Origin: Archangium sp.
GTDB lineage: Bacteria; Myxococcota; Myxococcia; Myxococcales; Myxococcaceae
NCBI GenBank assembly: GCA_035910535.1
Contig: JAMHXF010000097.1
Coordinates: 14,295-78,294 of the forward strand
Length of the DNA: 64,000 bases
Direction: 5' to 3'
This document shows positions 46,108 to 58,800 of this stretch, one piece after another (the stretch's first letter is position 1; every line of letters starts with the position of its first letter). A model generated the notes under the pieces. The model was not told the origin of the DNA and searched no databases. It worked only from the letters and a program-made list of their open reading frames with translations. The position numbers and the translations under genes were made by a program.

Positions 46108-46530
46108 TCACTTCACCAGATTGCCAGCCACGTACCGCTGCTCGCCCGTCTTGCTGCCGCCCGAGAACTCCGTGTAGCGACCGTTGTAGCTGTCGTTCTT
46201 GAACTCGATTTCGCGGATCTTGTTGCCCGCTTCATCGAAGAACGTCCACAAGCCCTGACGATCGCCGTTCACGTACACGCCCTGCGACGACTTCGTGCCG
46301 TTCTTGTGCAGCGTGACCATGGGGCCGGTGAGCCGCTCGACGCCAACCGCACCGCCCGACGAGCAGAACATCGCCTCGCCGTCGTTGACTGCGACCTTTC
46401 CAGCGGCGCACTGCAACGACTGGAGCGTGGGGCGCACCGGGAAGTTGGGGAGGTTGGGAAGAACGACATCGGCCGCCTGCGCGAAACCAGCGACGGCAAC
46501 CAGGGGAACCATCATGCGAAGCATCTTCAT
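46108..46530 (-). CDS. secreted MORN-variant (YwqK-like) repeat protein
   Basis: ATG at 46530 gives the signal peptide MKMLRMMVPLVAVAGFAQA. Repeats follow: HKNGTKSSQGVYVNGDRQGLWTFFDEAGNKIREIEFKND. The track ORF's upstream extension overlaps the next gene and is rejected. Confidence 0.75.
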   Translation of the reverse strand: MKMLRMMVPLVAVAGFAQAADVVLPNLPNFPVRPTLQSLQCAAGKVAVNDGEAMFCSSGGAVGVERLTGPMVTLHKNGTKSSQGVYVNGDRQGLWTFFDEAGNKIREIEFKNDSYNGRYTEFSGGSKTGEQRYVAGNLVK

Positions 46531-46595
46531 CGTTGTTTTCCTTTGCTCAAGTGATGCTGTGAGTAACCACGTTATGGGTGACTGAGAATTCAACG

Positions 46596-47570
46596 TCAGT
46601 TCGCCGTGAAGCAGGCCCCGTTGCCGTTGTCGTACGCGAAGCCCACGACCAACGAGCTGATGCCCGCCGGCGCACACAGGTTCACGTCGAACGACGCCTC
46701 TGCACCACTCGCGAGCGGGGTGTACGCCTGAATCGAGGCGCCGGTGATGTTCACCGTCGTACCCGTCGTGCGGTAGTACTTGAGCGACGGCTGAGACGTC
46801 TCCGAGTCGAGCCGAGCGCCGGTGTCGTACGCACGGATCTTCAGCTTGACGCGCGTGCTGTCGGTGTTGCCGCAGAACGTCGTGTCGGTGCCGAAAGAAA
46901 CCTTGGTGATGTCGATGATGACCGGACCGGTCGAGGTCGCGCCGAAGGACAGCGGAGCCGAACCCGCGAGGAAGTTGCCACACGACGGAACGGCGACTTG
47001 CGCGCAGTTGTTCGCGCCAGTGCAGTAGCCGCCCACGCCGCACGTGTCAGGCTGCGTGTTGGCGCCCGAGCACGTTGCGCCTGCCTCGCACTTGCTTGAG
47101 ACGAAGTTGCACACCTCAGGGTACGCACAGGTGCCGAAGCCCGTGCACGACGTGCCCGCGTCGGCCGGCGCGTCGGCGACACAGTTGCCCGACGTGGTGC
47201 TGCACGTGAAGCCCGTGCCGCAGGCCGCGTTGCTGGTGCACTTCGCGCCGCACCGCTTCGTCGCCGCGTTGCAGACCAGCGAACCAGCCGTGCCGCCGTT
47301 GCAGAGCTCGTCCGTCGAGCAGCTGCAGAACTTGGAGGCCGACGACGAAATGGCTGCGCACGTCTTCGCGCTCGCCGGACAATCTTCCTCGCCGGTACAC
47401 GAATCGACACACTCCTTGAGCACCGGGTGACAGCCCTTACCCGTGCTGCAATTTGAGTCACTGGTGCAACCTGCACCACCGTCGGTCGGCGTCATGATGT
47501 CGCCACAACCCATGGCGAACACCGCCGTCGCTGCGGCCATAAACAATCCCTGATTCAGTCTCATAGACAT
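46596..47570 (-). CDS. secreted Cys-rich repeat lipoprotein
   Basis: Signal plus lipobox AVFAMGC. Repeated C-x-C modules (CTSDSNCSTGKGC, CVDSCTGEEDC, CSCSTDELC, CGAKCTSNAAC...). Non-Cys C-terminal beta-rich domain. Confidence 0.8.
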   Translation of the reverse strand: MSMRLNQGLFMAAATAVFAMGCGDIMTPTDGGAGCTSDSNCSTGKGCHPVLKECVDSCTGEEDCPASAKTCAAISSSASKFCSCSTDELCNGGTAGSLVCNAATKRCGAKCTSNAACGTGFTCSTTSGNCVADAPADAGTSCTGFGTCAYPEVCNFVSSKCEAGATCSGANTQPDTCGVGGYCTGANNCAQVAVPSCGNFLAGSAPLSFGATSTGPVIIDITKVSFGTDTTFCGNTDSTRVKLKIRAYDTGARLDSETSQPSLKYYRTTGTTVNITGASIQAYTPLASGAEASFDVNLCAPAGISSLVVGFAYDNGNGACFTAN

Positions 47571-47776
47571 TGTAACCCCTCAATACTTCGTGGTTTTTTA
47601 ACGCCCCGCCCCTCACTCAAGGCGGTGCGGACTCTAGCCGTAGAAAAGGCACCGTCAACGACCGAGCCCGCCCCCCAGTACGCAAGGAGCGGGCCGAAGT
47701 TCACAGGAAATTTCAACGACTTCTCTGCTGTGGAGCACCGATGCGCAGGGGCTCCAACGACATGCATGTCAGCCGT

Positions 47777-49759
47777 TCAGAACTTGAACGGGAAGGTGAT
47801 CGGCTCACCCTGCTTCTTGTGCTTGGGGAACGTCCAGCCCTTGATGAGGCCGCCGACGCAGGTGGCGATGTACGTGCCTTTGAACTCGTCAGACGCGACG
47901 CCGACGTTCGAGGTCTTGCCGCTGGTCTGAATCGTCCACCGCATGAGCAGCTTGCCTGACGTGCCCGGGTCTTTCGCTTTCTGCTGCGAGACACAGTTGG
48001 CCAGCGCGCTCTTATTCGAGAGCACGACCTCCATCACGTCGGCCTGGCTCAGGGAGTCCTTCACGTCGGCCGCAGAAGCACCGGGCGCAGGCGGAATGTA
48101 GCCGCCACCCTTCTTCACCGGCGCCGGCTCTTCCTTCTTGCTGCCAGGGTTGTTGAACATCTCATCGAACTCGTCTTTCGGCTGACCCGAGCTCGTCGTG
48201 CGTTTGGGCTCAGGCGCCGGCTCAGGCTCGGCGCGCGCGACGGTCGTGCCGCGCGTCGTCTTCGGCTGCGTCGTCTTGGGCTGCACCGGAGCCGCCGCAA
48301 CAGGAACCGGCGCAGGCGTTGGAACCGGGGCCACCGCAACCGGGGCCACCGCGACCGCAACCGGAGCCACCGCAACGCCTGCATCGACCTCAGCGGTCGG
48401 CGTCGGCGCCACAGCGACTGGCACTGGCGCAGGAACAGGCGTCGGAACCGGGACGGGGGCAGGCGTCGGCGCCACCGCGACCGGCACAGGAACCGGCGTG
48501 GGCTGCGCGACGACGACCTGCTGAGGCCGCGACGCCAACCAGACGATGAGGCTCACCAGAATCAGCAGCACCAGCACGCCACCGATCGCCACACCCACCA
48601 TCAGGCCGCGATTGCCCGGCGGGCGGTACTGCGTGACGGCGGGCGCGCTGTAGGTCGCTCCGGGGTTCTGCAGGTACGGGTTGACCGGAGCCTGCGCAGG
48701 AGCCGCCGGGCGCTGCTGAACCGGCGCAGGCGCGGGCTTTTCTTCCATCGGCAGGTCGAGCAGCCCACCTGAAGGCTCTTCAGGCGCCGGCGGAGGCGGC
48801 GCCGCCCTGGGAGGCGGTTTGGCCAGCGCGTCCATCTCGTCTTTCACGAGCGAGGCGAGCGCCGAAGCAGCAGACGGCTTCCAGGCCCCGGCGTCTTCGC
48901 CAGCGGAAGCCGCAGACGCCGACATCGGCACCTGCACCTCAGACTGCATGGTCTGCATCATGCCGCCCGAGCTGAAGGCGGACTGCACCGGCACGCTGAC
49001 CACCGCGGGCGCGTTGCTGTGCGTGATGGTGGCCGCAGGCGCGACGACGATGGGCTTGGGCGGCTTGGGCGCGAGCACCGAAGCCAGCGATTTGACCGTG
49101 CTGACCGGAATCCAGTCGTCGAAGCCGGCGCGCCAGCACAACGAATCGGGGCTGATTTCGCCGTTGTCCCAGTGCTCTTTGATCTTCTCGAGCGTGAGCG
49201 GGCCAGTCTGCTTCTCGTTGATGGCCACGTACCAATCGGTCTGCGGCACGTCTTCCGGACTCGCCTCGGAGGCCTCGTTGGCGCCCGAGGCCTCAGCCAG
49301 CTTACGCACCGTGTCAGCGTCGATGACGCGCGTGCTGTGACGATCGTCTCCTTCGTCACCGACTGACGGCTTGTGCGCCTGGTTGTTGCCCGTCTTGAGA
49401 ACCTGGTCGAAGACCGCGCCGATCTCGTCTTCGTCGGCACCGAAGAAGCTGTCGCCAGGCGCGCCCGTGGGAGCAGCCGTCGCCGTGCCCGGGTTCGTGA
49501 GCGCGTCACCCGCGTTGGTGGTGTCCTCGTTCGAGAGCGTCGCCTCCGCCGCGGCGAGCGGCGTCTGCATCACCTGCGTGGCAAGCGCGTCATCGGGGTC
49601 GTTGGACAACGCAACCGGGCCGCCGCCCTTCGCCGCGTCAGGCCGCTTGACGAGAATGACGTAGCCGCACTTGCGGCAGCGGACCTTGACGCCCTTCGGT
49701 CCGACCTTCTCGTCATTGATCATGTACTGCGCGCGGCAGCTCTCACAGACGAAGCGCAT
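47777..49759 (-). CDS. gltJ: GltJ/AgmX-like gliding-motility protein (Zn-ribbon, GYF domain, TM helix, Pro/Val/Ala-rich spacer, TonB-C/AgmX-PglI-type C-terminal domain)
   Basis: MRFVCESCRAQYMINDEK...VRCRKCG (Zn ribbon). WYVAINEKQTGPLTLEKIKEHWDNGEISPDSLCWRAGFDDWIPV (GYF-like). TM helix GLMVGVAIGGVLVLLILVSLIVWL. C-terminus ...GKLLMRWTIQTSGKTSNV...CVGGLIKGWTFP. It is adjacent to the giant TPR gene, as in M. xanthus agmX-agmK. Confidence 0.7.
   Translation of the reverse strand: MRFVCESCRAQYMINDEKVGPKGVKVRCRKCGYVILVKRPDAAKGGGPVALSNDPDDALATQVMQTPLAAAEATLSNEDTTNAGDALTNPGTATAAPTGAPGDSFFGADEDEIGAVFDQVLKTGNNQAHKPSVGDEGDDRHSTRVIDADTVRKLAEASGANEASEASPEDVPQTDWYVAINEKQTGPLTLEKIKEHWDNGEISPDSLCWRAGFDDWIPVSTVKSLASVLAPKPPKPIVVAPAATITHSNAPAVVSVPVQSAFSSGGMMQTMQSEVQVPMSASAASAGEDAGAWKPSAASALASLVKDEMDALAKPPPRAAPPPPAPEEPSGGLLDLPMEEKPAPAPVQQRPAAPAQAPVNPYLQNPGATYSAPAVTQYRPPGNRGLMVGVAIGGVLVLLILVSLIVWLASRPQQVVVAQPTPVPVPVAVAPTPAPVPVPTPVPAPVPVAVAPTPTAEVDAGVAVAPVAVAVAPVAVAPVPTPAPVPVAAAPVQPKTTQPKTTRGTTVARAEPEPAPEPKRTTSSGQPKDEFDEMFNNPGSKKEEPAPVKKGGGYIPPAPGASAADVKDSLSQADVMEVVLSNKSALANCVSQQKAKDPGTSGKLLMRWTIQTSGKTSNVGVASDEFKGTYIATCVGGLIKGWTFPKHKKQGEPITFPFKF
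48285..48500 (-). repeat. low-complexity Pro/Val/Ala/Thr-coding repeat inside the gltJ-like gene
   Basis: It encodes PTPVPVPVAVAPTPAPVPVPTPVPAPVPVAVAPTP...VAPVAVAVAPVAVAPVPTPAPVPVAAAP. The DNA shows imperfect 6- to 12-nt periodicity. Boundaries are approximate. Confidence 0.7.
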
Positions 49760-49898
49760 GGGTTTCCCAGTCGAAAAAGCGTGTAACTCTTTGAAAAGTT
49801 TAGGTTTGACGCACGAAAGCGTCAAGACAACGGACGCCGGTTCCGCCCGCGCGGTTCCTTGGCCGACGCCCTGATGTCAAAACTCCAAGCGATCGTCA

Positions 49899-52800
49899 CT
49901 ACTTGCGGATCTGAACTTCGACGTTGACGCCGACCGCCACGCGCAACGCGTGGAGATCGTCACCGAGCGCGAAGACCATCAGGTCGCGAATTTTCGAGCG
50001 CGGCTGCACGCGGAAGTTGGCGCCGGTTTCGGCCAACACCATGCGTTTGACGGGCTCGATGTCGCCGGCGACGAAGGCCCCGGCGCGCGTGGCCGTGAGC
50101 TCCGCACCCTCGAGGAAGTTGCGCAGATCGTTGGGCGTGGCGACCTTCACGTATTCCTTCGTGACGCGGGCCAGCGCGTCGCGCGCCTGTGGAGTCAGGT
50201 GCTTCTCGAGCAGCTTCCGCTCCGTGTCGATGGCGCGCAGGTCGGCCGTGAAACGGAAGCGGTCGACCGACAGGCTGATGGCGGCCTGCATCACCGCTTC
50301 GAGCCGCTCGGCAGACAACCGCTGCGTCAACGCCAGCTCAGGGCGCAGCAACGTCATGGTGCGCGCGAGCAGGTAATAGACCTCGCGCTGCCCTGTCTCG
50401 CTGAAGAACTTGCCGCCGAAGCGCAGCGCGACCGGGTCGGTGTGGCAGATCTCCACGCCCACCATCGGGTCGGGCGCGGGCTCCGTGGTGCGCTTGGCCA
50501 TGCGCTCGCGCGTGGTGACGAGGAACGGTGAGAACACGGCCACCTGGTCCATGCCCAACAGCCGCGAGACCGTACGGTGGTGGTGAATCTGGTACTCCTG
50601 CGCGGTGCCGACGTCGATGAAGTGCTTCTTGGGCACGATGCCGTAGCGCGTGAAGTCCTCCTTGTAGAGCGCGCCGGCCTGCTCGAAGAGAATCGCGAAG
50701 AGATCGGCGAGCGGCCCGCGAACCTTCGGGTGGAAGAGGTGCTCGGTCCACAGGCGATCGGTCATCTGGCGCTGCGGCACCTCGCGCTTCTTCGCGTACG
50801 GCGTCAGCTTGGTGAGGATCTCTTTTTCGCCGACACCGGGATCTCCGATGAGGCCTGACGAGACCTGCGCCGCCAACCACGCCGCGTCGTAGTCTTTGCG
50901 CTTCGCGGCGAGCTCCGCGAGCGCGCCGGCCACCTTGCCTGGGCTGCTGGTCGACGGCAGCGCGCGCCGCCACGCATCGACGGCCTCCTGCTCGAAGCCC
51001 GGCTGCGTCTGCGCGAGGCCCGCGTACAGCTCTTGAATCTCGACGTTCTCGGGCAGGCCTGACGCGACGACCTTGTAGACCTGCACCGCGGCCTCGGGAG
51101 CCTTGAGCGCGTTGAGGTACAGATCTCCCAACGCCTTCCAGAAGTTCATGCGCACGGCGTGCGTCTCGGGCGTCTTGGGAACGCGGCCGATCATGCGCTT
51201 GTAGTTCTCGTCGAGCTGCTGCCACTTCTTCGCGCGACCCAACATCGACTCGAGGGCCGAGAACGCTTCGACGAAACGCCAGTCGGCATCGAGCGCAGCG
51301 TTGAAGCAGTGCGCTGCCTTGTCGACGTCGCCGAGCTCGTCACGGCTGATTTCACCCAACGCGAACCACACACGCTTGGCGCGCTGCTCGTCTTGCTGCA
51401 GCGCCGGCACCGCGAGCATCTTTTCGAGCATGTCGCCGGCCTTCGCGCCCTGCTTCGTCTCGCGGTACAGCACGTAGAGCGCGTCCATCACGTCGAGCGC
51501 GTCTTGCCGAATGCGGTGCGCTGCGAGGTACGCGTCGATGGCGATGTACGGGTCAGACAGCTTGTCTTTCGCCATCGCGCCGAGCGCGACGCCAGCCTCG
51601 TACTTCGCTTCACCATCGAGGGTTTCGACGAGCTTCTGGCGGAACTCGACGGCCTTGTCGAAGTGGCCGCCCTGCTCTGCGATGCCCACCATCGAGCGCA
51701 GCGACGGCTCGTGCGACGGGTCGATGGCGAGCGCCTTTTCGAAGTGGTTCTGCGCGCGATCGAACTGACGCAGGTTCAGGTGGAGATCGCCGAGCGTCCA
51801 GTAGATCTCCGCGACCTCGAGGTCGGTGAGATCTCCGCGGTGGTGCACCAGAATCGACTGGTACACGCGCTGTGCTTCTTCGTAGCGACGCGCCTGCACC
51901 AGCAGGTTGCCGTACCCCTCGAGCACCGGGAGATACGTGGCGTCGAGTTGGTACGCGCGCTCGTAGGCCGTGAGCGCTTTCTCACGGTGACCGTTCTTCT
52001 CGCTGACGTAGCCGAGGCGGTAGTGACGGCGGCACAGCTCGCGCCCGAGGTCGGGCTCGTCAGGCGTCATCGCGTACTGTTGCGAGAGCCGCGCCGTGAC
52101 GATGTCGAGCATCTTCTCGCAGCGCTCGTACTGCTCGGTCGACAGGTAGATGTCGGAGAGCGGCTGCGCGGCCTCGAGGAGATCCGGCTGGAGCTTGAGC
52201 GCCTCTTCGTAGGCCGTCGTGGCCTGATCGCGGTCTTCCTTGCTCTCGTAGTACCGGCCGACGTTGACGTACGCCCCGGCGCGGGCGGGCGGGTCTTCGG
52301 TCTGGCGCGCCTCTTCGAGCAGCGCCTTCTCGTAGTTGTCGAAGTCGCGCTCGAGCTCGTAGATGCCCTTGAGCGCACGAATCGCCGGGAGATACGCCGC
52401 GTCGATGCGCAACGCCTCGAGGTAGCAGCGCTTGGCCGACGAGGCGTCGATCAACATGTCTTCGTTGATCTTGCCCATGCGGTACCAGAGCTCGACGGCC
52501 TCGGGCGTCTGCCCCAGCACCTGCGCTTCACGCTCGAGCATGTCGAGCGCGAAGGGCCAGTTGCCCGAGCGCTCGTACAACATGCCGAGCGCGTGCATCG
52601 CCGGGCGGCAACGCGCGTCGAGCTCGAGAGCCTGGTGGTACGCCGTCGCGGCGCGATCCACGGCCTTGAGCTGCTGGTGGAAGATGTCACCCATCTCCAC
52701 GCACAGCTCGGCCTTCTCGGCCGGGTTGGTGAGCAGCTGAATGTGGCGATCGACCACGCCGATGAGCTCGTCCCAGCGGCCCTGCGATTTACGCAGGCGC

Positions 52801-55800
52801 TCGAGCGTCTTGATGGCTTGAAGGTTCTGCGGGTCGACCTGCAGCGCGGCTTCGATGCACGCGTCGGCGTGCTGCAGGTTCTGGTACCGCTCCTCCCAGA
52901 TCGTCGCGGAGCGGAAGAGGATCTTCACCCGCTCGCGGTAGTCAGACGACAGCTCGATCTGTCGCTCGTACACGGCGAGCAGCTCGGCCGGGCGGTCGAG
53001 CTTCGAATACAGCTGCTCGAGCGACGTGAGCGCCTGCGCGTTGGCCGGGTCGAACTCGAGCGCCTGTCGGTAGCCCTCGACGGCGGCTTCGTCGTCGGTG
53101 AGATCGCGCTCGTAGACCTGCGCGACCTCGACCTGCAGCCGCGCGCGATCTTCGGGCGTCGGCGCGATGTCGCGCATGCGCATGAGCGTGCTGGCGACGG
53201 CGGCGTGGTTGTTCTGACGCTTCTGCAGCGCGACGAGCACCGCCAGCGTGTCGAGATCAGGCTCGAGCTCGAGCGCGCGGACGAGGGCGTTCTCTGCCTC
53301 GTCGGGCTTCTCCATCTGCTCGTCGTAGACGCGCGCGATCTCGCGCAGAATCTCCTTCCGGCGCTCGATGGAGCCGGCGGCCTCGAGCTTCTGCTCGAGC
53401 GAGACGACGTATTCCTTGTTCTGACCGCGACGGGCGAACATGCCCGCGAGGCGCTCGAGCGCCGTCTCGTTCGTGGGGTCGAACTCGAGGATCTTGCGGA
53501 GCGACGCTTCGGCCGCCTGCGGATCATCGAGCTTCGTGTCCTGAACGCGCGAGAGCGTCAGGTAGAGCCGCTCGGCGAGCGGGCCACGCGGCACGGTCTC
53601 GGCGATCTCTTCGTACACGGCGGCGAGCTCGTCGTGGCTGCCGGTCTCCTCGGCGAGCCGCTCCACCTGCTCACGGAGCTCGTCGTTCGACGGCATCAAC
53701 TGCATCGCGCGGCAGTACTGGAGGAACGCGACCTGCCGTGCGCCCAGCTTCGTCTCCTGCACGCGCGCCAGCTCGCGCAGCGTGGCCACCTTCTCTTCGT
53801 CAGTGACGAGGTTCGGGAGGTAGCGATCCATGACCTGGGCGTAGCCGCGCCAGTCGTTCAACTTGCCGTACAGCTCGAGCGCCTGCTCGTAGGCCTGACG
53901 GTTCGACGGTTCAATCTCGAGCACCTTCTCGAGCGCTGCACCGGCGAGATCCATCTTCGCGGCGGGGCCACGCCAGATCTCCGAGACCTGGAACATGGTG
54001 GCGGCGGCAGCTTCACGCTCTTCGAGCATGATCTGCACCTGCGACTTCGCCTCGAGCGTCCGCACCGCGTCGGGCCACGCCTTCAACCGCGTGAAGACCG
54101 CGACCAGTCGATCGAGATCAGGCACCTGGTGCGGCTCCACTTCGAGCGCGCGGCGGGCTGCGTCGAGCGACTCTTCACGGCGCGCCGACTCGGAGATGAT
54201 CTCCGCGAGCCGAATGCGGATCTGCTTCACGCCGCTCGCGTCTTCCTGCAGCGGGATCAAGCGCCGCAACACGATGACGAGATCTTCCTTCTTTTCGAGT
54301 TGATCGAAGATGTCGCGCAGCGCTTCGAGCGCACCTCGATGACGCGCGTCACGCTCGAGCGCGGCCTTGAAGAACGGCACGGCTTCTTCAGCGCGCCCCA
54401 ACTGCTGCGAGAGCACGCGACCCAAGCGCTCGTTGAGCTTCACCAGCTCGCGCGGGTCGACGGTGAACTGCAGCTTCCACTGCAACATCTCGCGGAGCTC
54501 TTCGGCCTTGTTGGCGCGCTCCAGCAATCGCGACAGCGCATCGAAGGCCTGCTCGTTGCGCGGGTTCTTCTCGAGCAGCTCGCGGTACAGCTTCACCGAG
54601 TGATCGACGTTGTCGAGCCCCTCGGCCGACGTGACGGCCATCTTGCCGAGCAGTCGTTCTTTTTCTGCGCCCTGCACCAGCTCGCGTTGCGCCTCGAGCA
54701 CGCGGTACAGCTTGTCGCTCGCCCCGGCCTGCTCGTAGAGGATCTCGAGCGAGCGCAATGACGGCAGGTGTTTCGGGTCGGCCGCGAGCACCTTCTCGAA
54801 TGCAGCCGCCGCACGGTCGGGGCTGTCCAACTGCTCCATCGCCAACTGACCGAGGCGGAACGAGAGCGCGACCTGCTCTGAAGGCTCGGTGGCGCCCGAC
54901 GCCATCACCTCGATGACGTCGGCCTGCTTGTCGGGGAACTCGAGCTCGCCGTAGAGCCGGTCGAGCGCAGGCAACACCTTGAGCGACGACTCGGCGTGGG
55001 CCGCGCGCGCCTTCTCGTAATAGACGACGGCCTGCTCCTTCTCACCCAGCCGCTGCTCAGAGACCTGGCCGATGACCATGCAAATCTCGGCAACGTCCTG
55101 GGCTTCGGAGATGCGCGGCAGCTCGGCTTCGAGCGCACCGACGAGCTCGTCGAACGACGACGCCGCGGCCGCCGACGCATAGAGCTTCTTTCGAAGCGCG
55201 TCGTCATTCGGGTCGTCTTTGAACGCACGGTAGTACCCGAGGTACGCGAGCTCGGGTTCACCCTGCCCTTCGCGCAGCGCCGCGAGCTCCATCAACAACG
55301 TCTTGCGCTCGATCTGATCAGGCGACACGCCGACACGCGCCTCGATCAACTTCGCCAGCGAGTTCGCGTCTGAAGCCTGGCGATAGGCGTTCGCGAGAAT
55401 CTCGAAGGCCTGCTGGTTCTGCGGTTCGCGCTGCACGAGCGCGTCCATTCGTTTGAGCGCACCGTCGTGCTGCGGGTTCTGCGTCAACAGCTCACGGTAC
55501 AGGTCGAACGCGCCCTGCTTGTCGAGCAGCCTGGTCTCGCGCACCACCGCGAGCTTGAAGGTGACGGCAGCCTGCTCTTCGGGAGGCAACACCTTGAGGC
55601 GCCGCGACAACACGTCGGCCAGCTCCGGCCACCGCGACTGCGCCTCACACAGCTTCTCCATGCGCGTGAGCGCGGCGACGTCGTCAGGCGCGAGCTCGAG
55701 CAGTCGGCGGAAGCTGGCGATGGCGGAGTTGGGATCTTTGAGCTGCTCTTCCTGCAGCGAGCCAATCTGGAAGAGCAGGCCTGCACGCTTCTGCGTGTCT

Positions 55801-58800
55801 TCTTCGATGCTGAGCTGACGCTTGAGCACGTCGAGCAGCTCGTTGACGCGCCCCTGACGCGAGAGCAACTGGCCGACCTGCTGCATCGCCTCGCCGTCGG
55901 TGGGGATGATCTCCATCACCCGCTTCCACGACTCGATGGCTTCTTCTTCTTCGTCGGCCTGCGCCTGAATCTTGGCGAGCGCACGGAAGATGTTGGCTCG
56001 CGCAGCATCGGTCGACGCGCGCGGCGCGACCTCCGCGAGCAGCGCGGCGACCTCATCTTCAGCGTCGGCCTTCTGGTAGTACGAGAGCGTCGCGGCGAGG
56101 TTCTGCGGCTCGTCGGGCAGCTCCTTGAGCGCGCGCGCCGACGCGACGAACGCCATCTCAGCGTTGTCGAGCTGGCCTGCGTAGACCTCGGCCATCTTGC
56201 GGAGCAGCGCCGAACGCTCTGCGGGCTGCGGCTCCGCGGCGACACGCGCTTCCAACATCTGCACCAGCTTCAAGTGCTCGCCTTCACCCGCAAACACCGG
56301 CTCCAGCGTGCTGGCGGCTTCACCCTTCAACGAATTGTCAGAACGCGCCATCTCTTCGAGTGCGCCGACGGCCCCTGCGTGGGCAGCCTTTCGACGCAAC
56401 ACCTCCTGGAACGTCGTGAGGGCCCCACGCGGGTCACTCAGACGGGTGAGCTTCAATCGACCAAGGCGCACGAGCAGCTCGAGCGCTTGTTCTTCTTGTG
56501 CGCGGCCTTCAGCCAACGCGATCTCTTTGCCCAGCAGCGCCGCGAGCTCAGGCCACTGCTCGGTCTCGGCCAGAATGCGCGCGAGGAACTTCATCGCGTT
56601 CGGGTCGTCAGGCTTCCGCTCGAGCACCGCCGTGTAGCACTGCGAGGCGAGCGCCTTGTCGGAGAGCGTCTCTTCCGCGAGGTGGGCGAGCTCGAACAAC
56701 AACCCGACCTGCACGGTGACGTTGGTCTCGAGCCCCAGCTGCCGCCGCATGACAATCGACAACTCGCGGAACTGCGAGGTGCGCCGGAAGATGCGCCCGA
56801 GCTGCTCGAGCACGAACATGTCTTTGGGGTTGCGACCGAGCACTTCGTTCCACGCGCGCGCGGCGAGATCAAAGCGCGAGAGCCGATCTCCGTAGACCAC
56901 CGCGAGGCGACGCCAGAGCTCTCCTGCCAACGGCTCCTGCACGCCGCGCTCGAGCGCGTCTTCGTAGGCCGCCGTGAGCTCTTCGAAAGCGCCGAGATCG
57001 GCGGCGAGCCGCTCGAGCTCTTCGCGCACCTCCGTGTCGGAGGGTTGCTCGTTGAAGGCCTTGAGCCTCGCGGTGAGCGCGAGGTTCTTCTGCCCGACGG
57101 CCTCGCGGAGATTCGCGATCTCGAGCAGCAACGGAATGCGCCGCGATTGATCTGCCGCCGACAGACGAACCTCGAGCACCTCGACCAGGTGCTTGAGATC
57201 GTTGCCTTCGCGGTACGAGCTCTCGAGCAGGCGCGCGGCTTCGAGCTTCGCGCCGTCGAGCACCATCAACCGTTCGAGCGCCGCGATGACCTGCGGCTCG
57301 GTACGTGAGAGCGCAAGTGCTGCGGCGAAGTCGCGCAGCGCCTCGGCGTGCTGCTGTTCTTTTTCGAGCAGCAGCCCGCGCTTGATGAGGTGCGTGAGAC
57401 GTTCGCCGTCGTCCGTCGAGCTCTCGGCGAGCTGCGCGAGAATGTCGGCCTGCTCGAGGTGACGCTTGTTGCGCCCGAACAACCGCTCGAGGTGCACGAG
57501 GATGTCGCGAGAGCGGCTCAGCGCGTACGCGAGCTTGTACGACGCGATCGACTGCGCGTCGTCGCCAGCCGTCTCAAAGGCCTCGGCGGCGCGCGTGAGC
57601 AACTCGAACTTCTCTTTCGGGTCAGTCGCGAGCTGCGCCTTCTTTGCGTAGACGTCGGAGAGGCTCTTCGCGTTGTTCGACTTCTCGTAGAGCCGAGAGA
57701 GCGAGTCGAGCGCCTGGCGATCTTGCGGCGCGTGCTCGAGCAGCTGCTTCCACACGCGCGTCGCTTCTTCCGGCTCGTTGAGCTGCTCGCGGAGTTCTGC
57801 GGCGCGGCGCAGCAATGGCACGCGCGTCTCGTCGCTCTCGGGCAGCTCTTCGACGGTCGCCTCGTAGATCTCCGCGAGCTCGTCGAAAGAGCCCGTGAGC
57901 CGCGCGAGGCGCTCGAGCTCGGGCTGAATGCCGGCGCGATCGAGCCCGTCGGTGAACGCCTTGAGCGCGTTCATGAACGCAGCTTCGGGCTGAGAGAGGT
58001 CGCGCTCGAGGATCGCCCGAATCTCGCTCAGCACCCGCGCGCGCTCATTCGGTGAGGTGGCGTGCAGCAAGCGCGCATCACGAATCGCGATGCGGCGCTG
58101 GTGATCTCCGGTGCGCGCCAGCACACCGTCGAGAATCTCGGCGGCGAGCGACGCATCACCGTCGTTGCCACGCGCCCAGACATCGAGCGCTTCACGCGTA
58201 CCTTCGTGCGACGGGTCTTCGCTGAGAATCTGGCGGTACACCTCGAGCGCACCGCGCGGGTCGTTGAGGCGATTCTGGCGGAGCGCCGCGAGGCGGAACG
58301 CGAGCTCTCGCCCCTGAGGGCTCTGACCTTCTTGATTGCGACGCAGCTCGAGCGCGAACGCGAGCTCCTGCGGCTTGTCGAGCTCGGCGTAGAGGCGATC
58401 GAGCGCCGTCGCGGCTTCACGCGCCAACACGTCACGCGCCGCGATGAGCCGCCAGTTGGCTGCCGCGCGATCGAGGTCGTCGAGCTTCTGCTCGGCGAGC
58501 ACTGCGGCTTCCCGGTCGAGCGCCGAACGCGCCGCAGGGTCTGCTTCCAACAGCGCGAGCCGCTCGGTGACAGGCACGAGCTCCGCGTAGTCTTCACGGC
58601 TTCGATACAGCCGCTGCAGTGAACGCAGCGCCTCGAGGTGCTTGGCGTCGACGAGCAAGACGGCGCGCAGGTGGTCCACAGCCGCGTCCTGCTTGTTGAG
58701 CTTCTTTTCGTAGACGTCCGCGAGCTCGCGGTGCAACGCGATGGCGACCGACTCAGCACCGCCTTCGATGATCTCCTCGAGCACTTCGGCGTACGAATCG

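Noticed and set aside
48285-48500. Short-period repeats that could be mistaken for a CRISPR-like or VNTR array
   Set aside because: They are in-frame within the gltJ-like ORF and encode a Pro/Val/Ala linker. There are no unique spacers or constant repeats of CRISPR length. No CRISPR array is evident anywhere in the window.
51159-54761. 1200-aa forward-strand ORF. Similar ORFs at 55467..57308, 58638..61061 and 61888..63777 lie antisense to the giant TPR gene and its neighbour.
   Set aside because: All lie entirely inside much longer reverse-strand genes. Their translations are Arg/Leu/Glu/His/Val-rich low-complexity strings with no motifs. Long antisense ORFs are expected in very GC-rich DNA with strong third-position GC bias.
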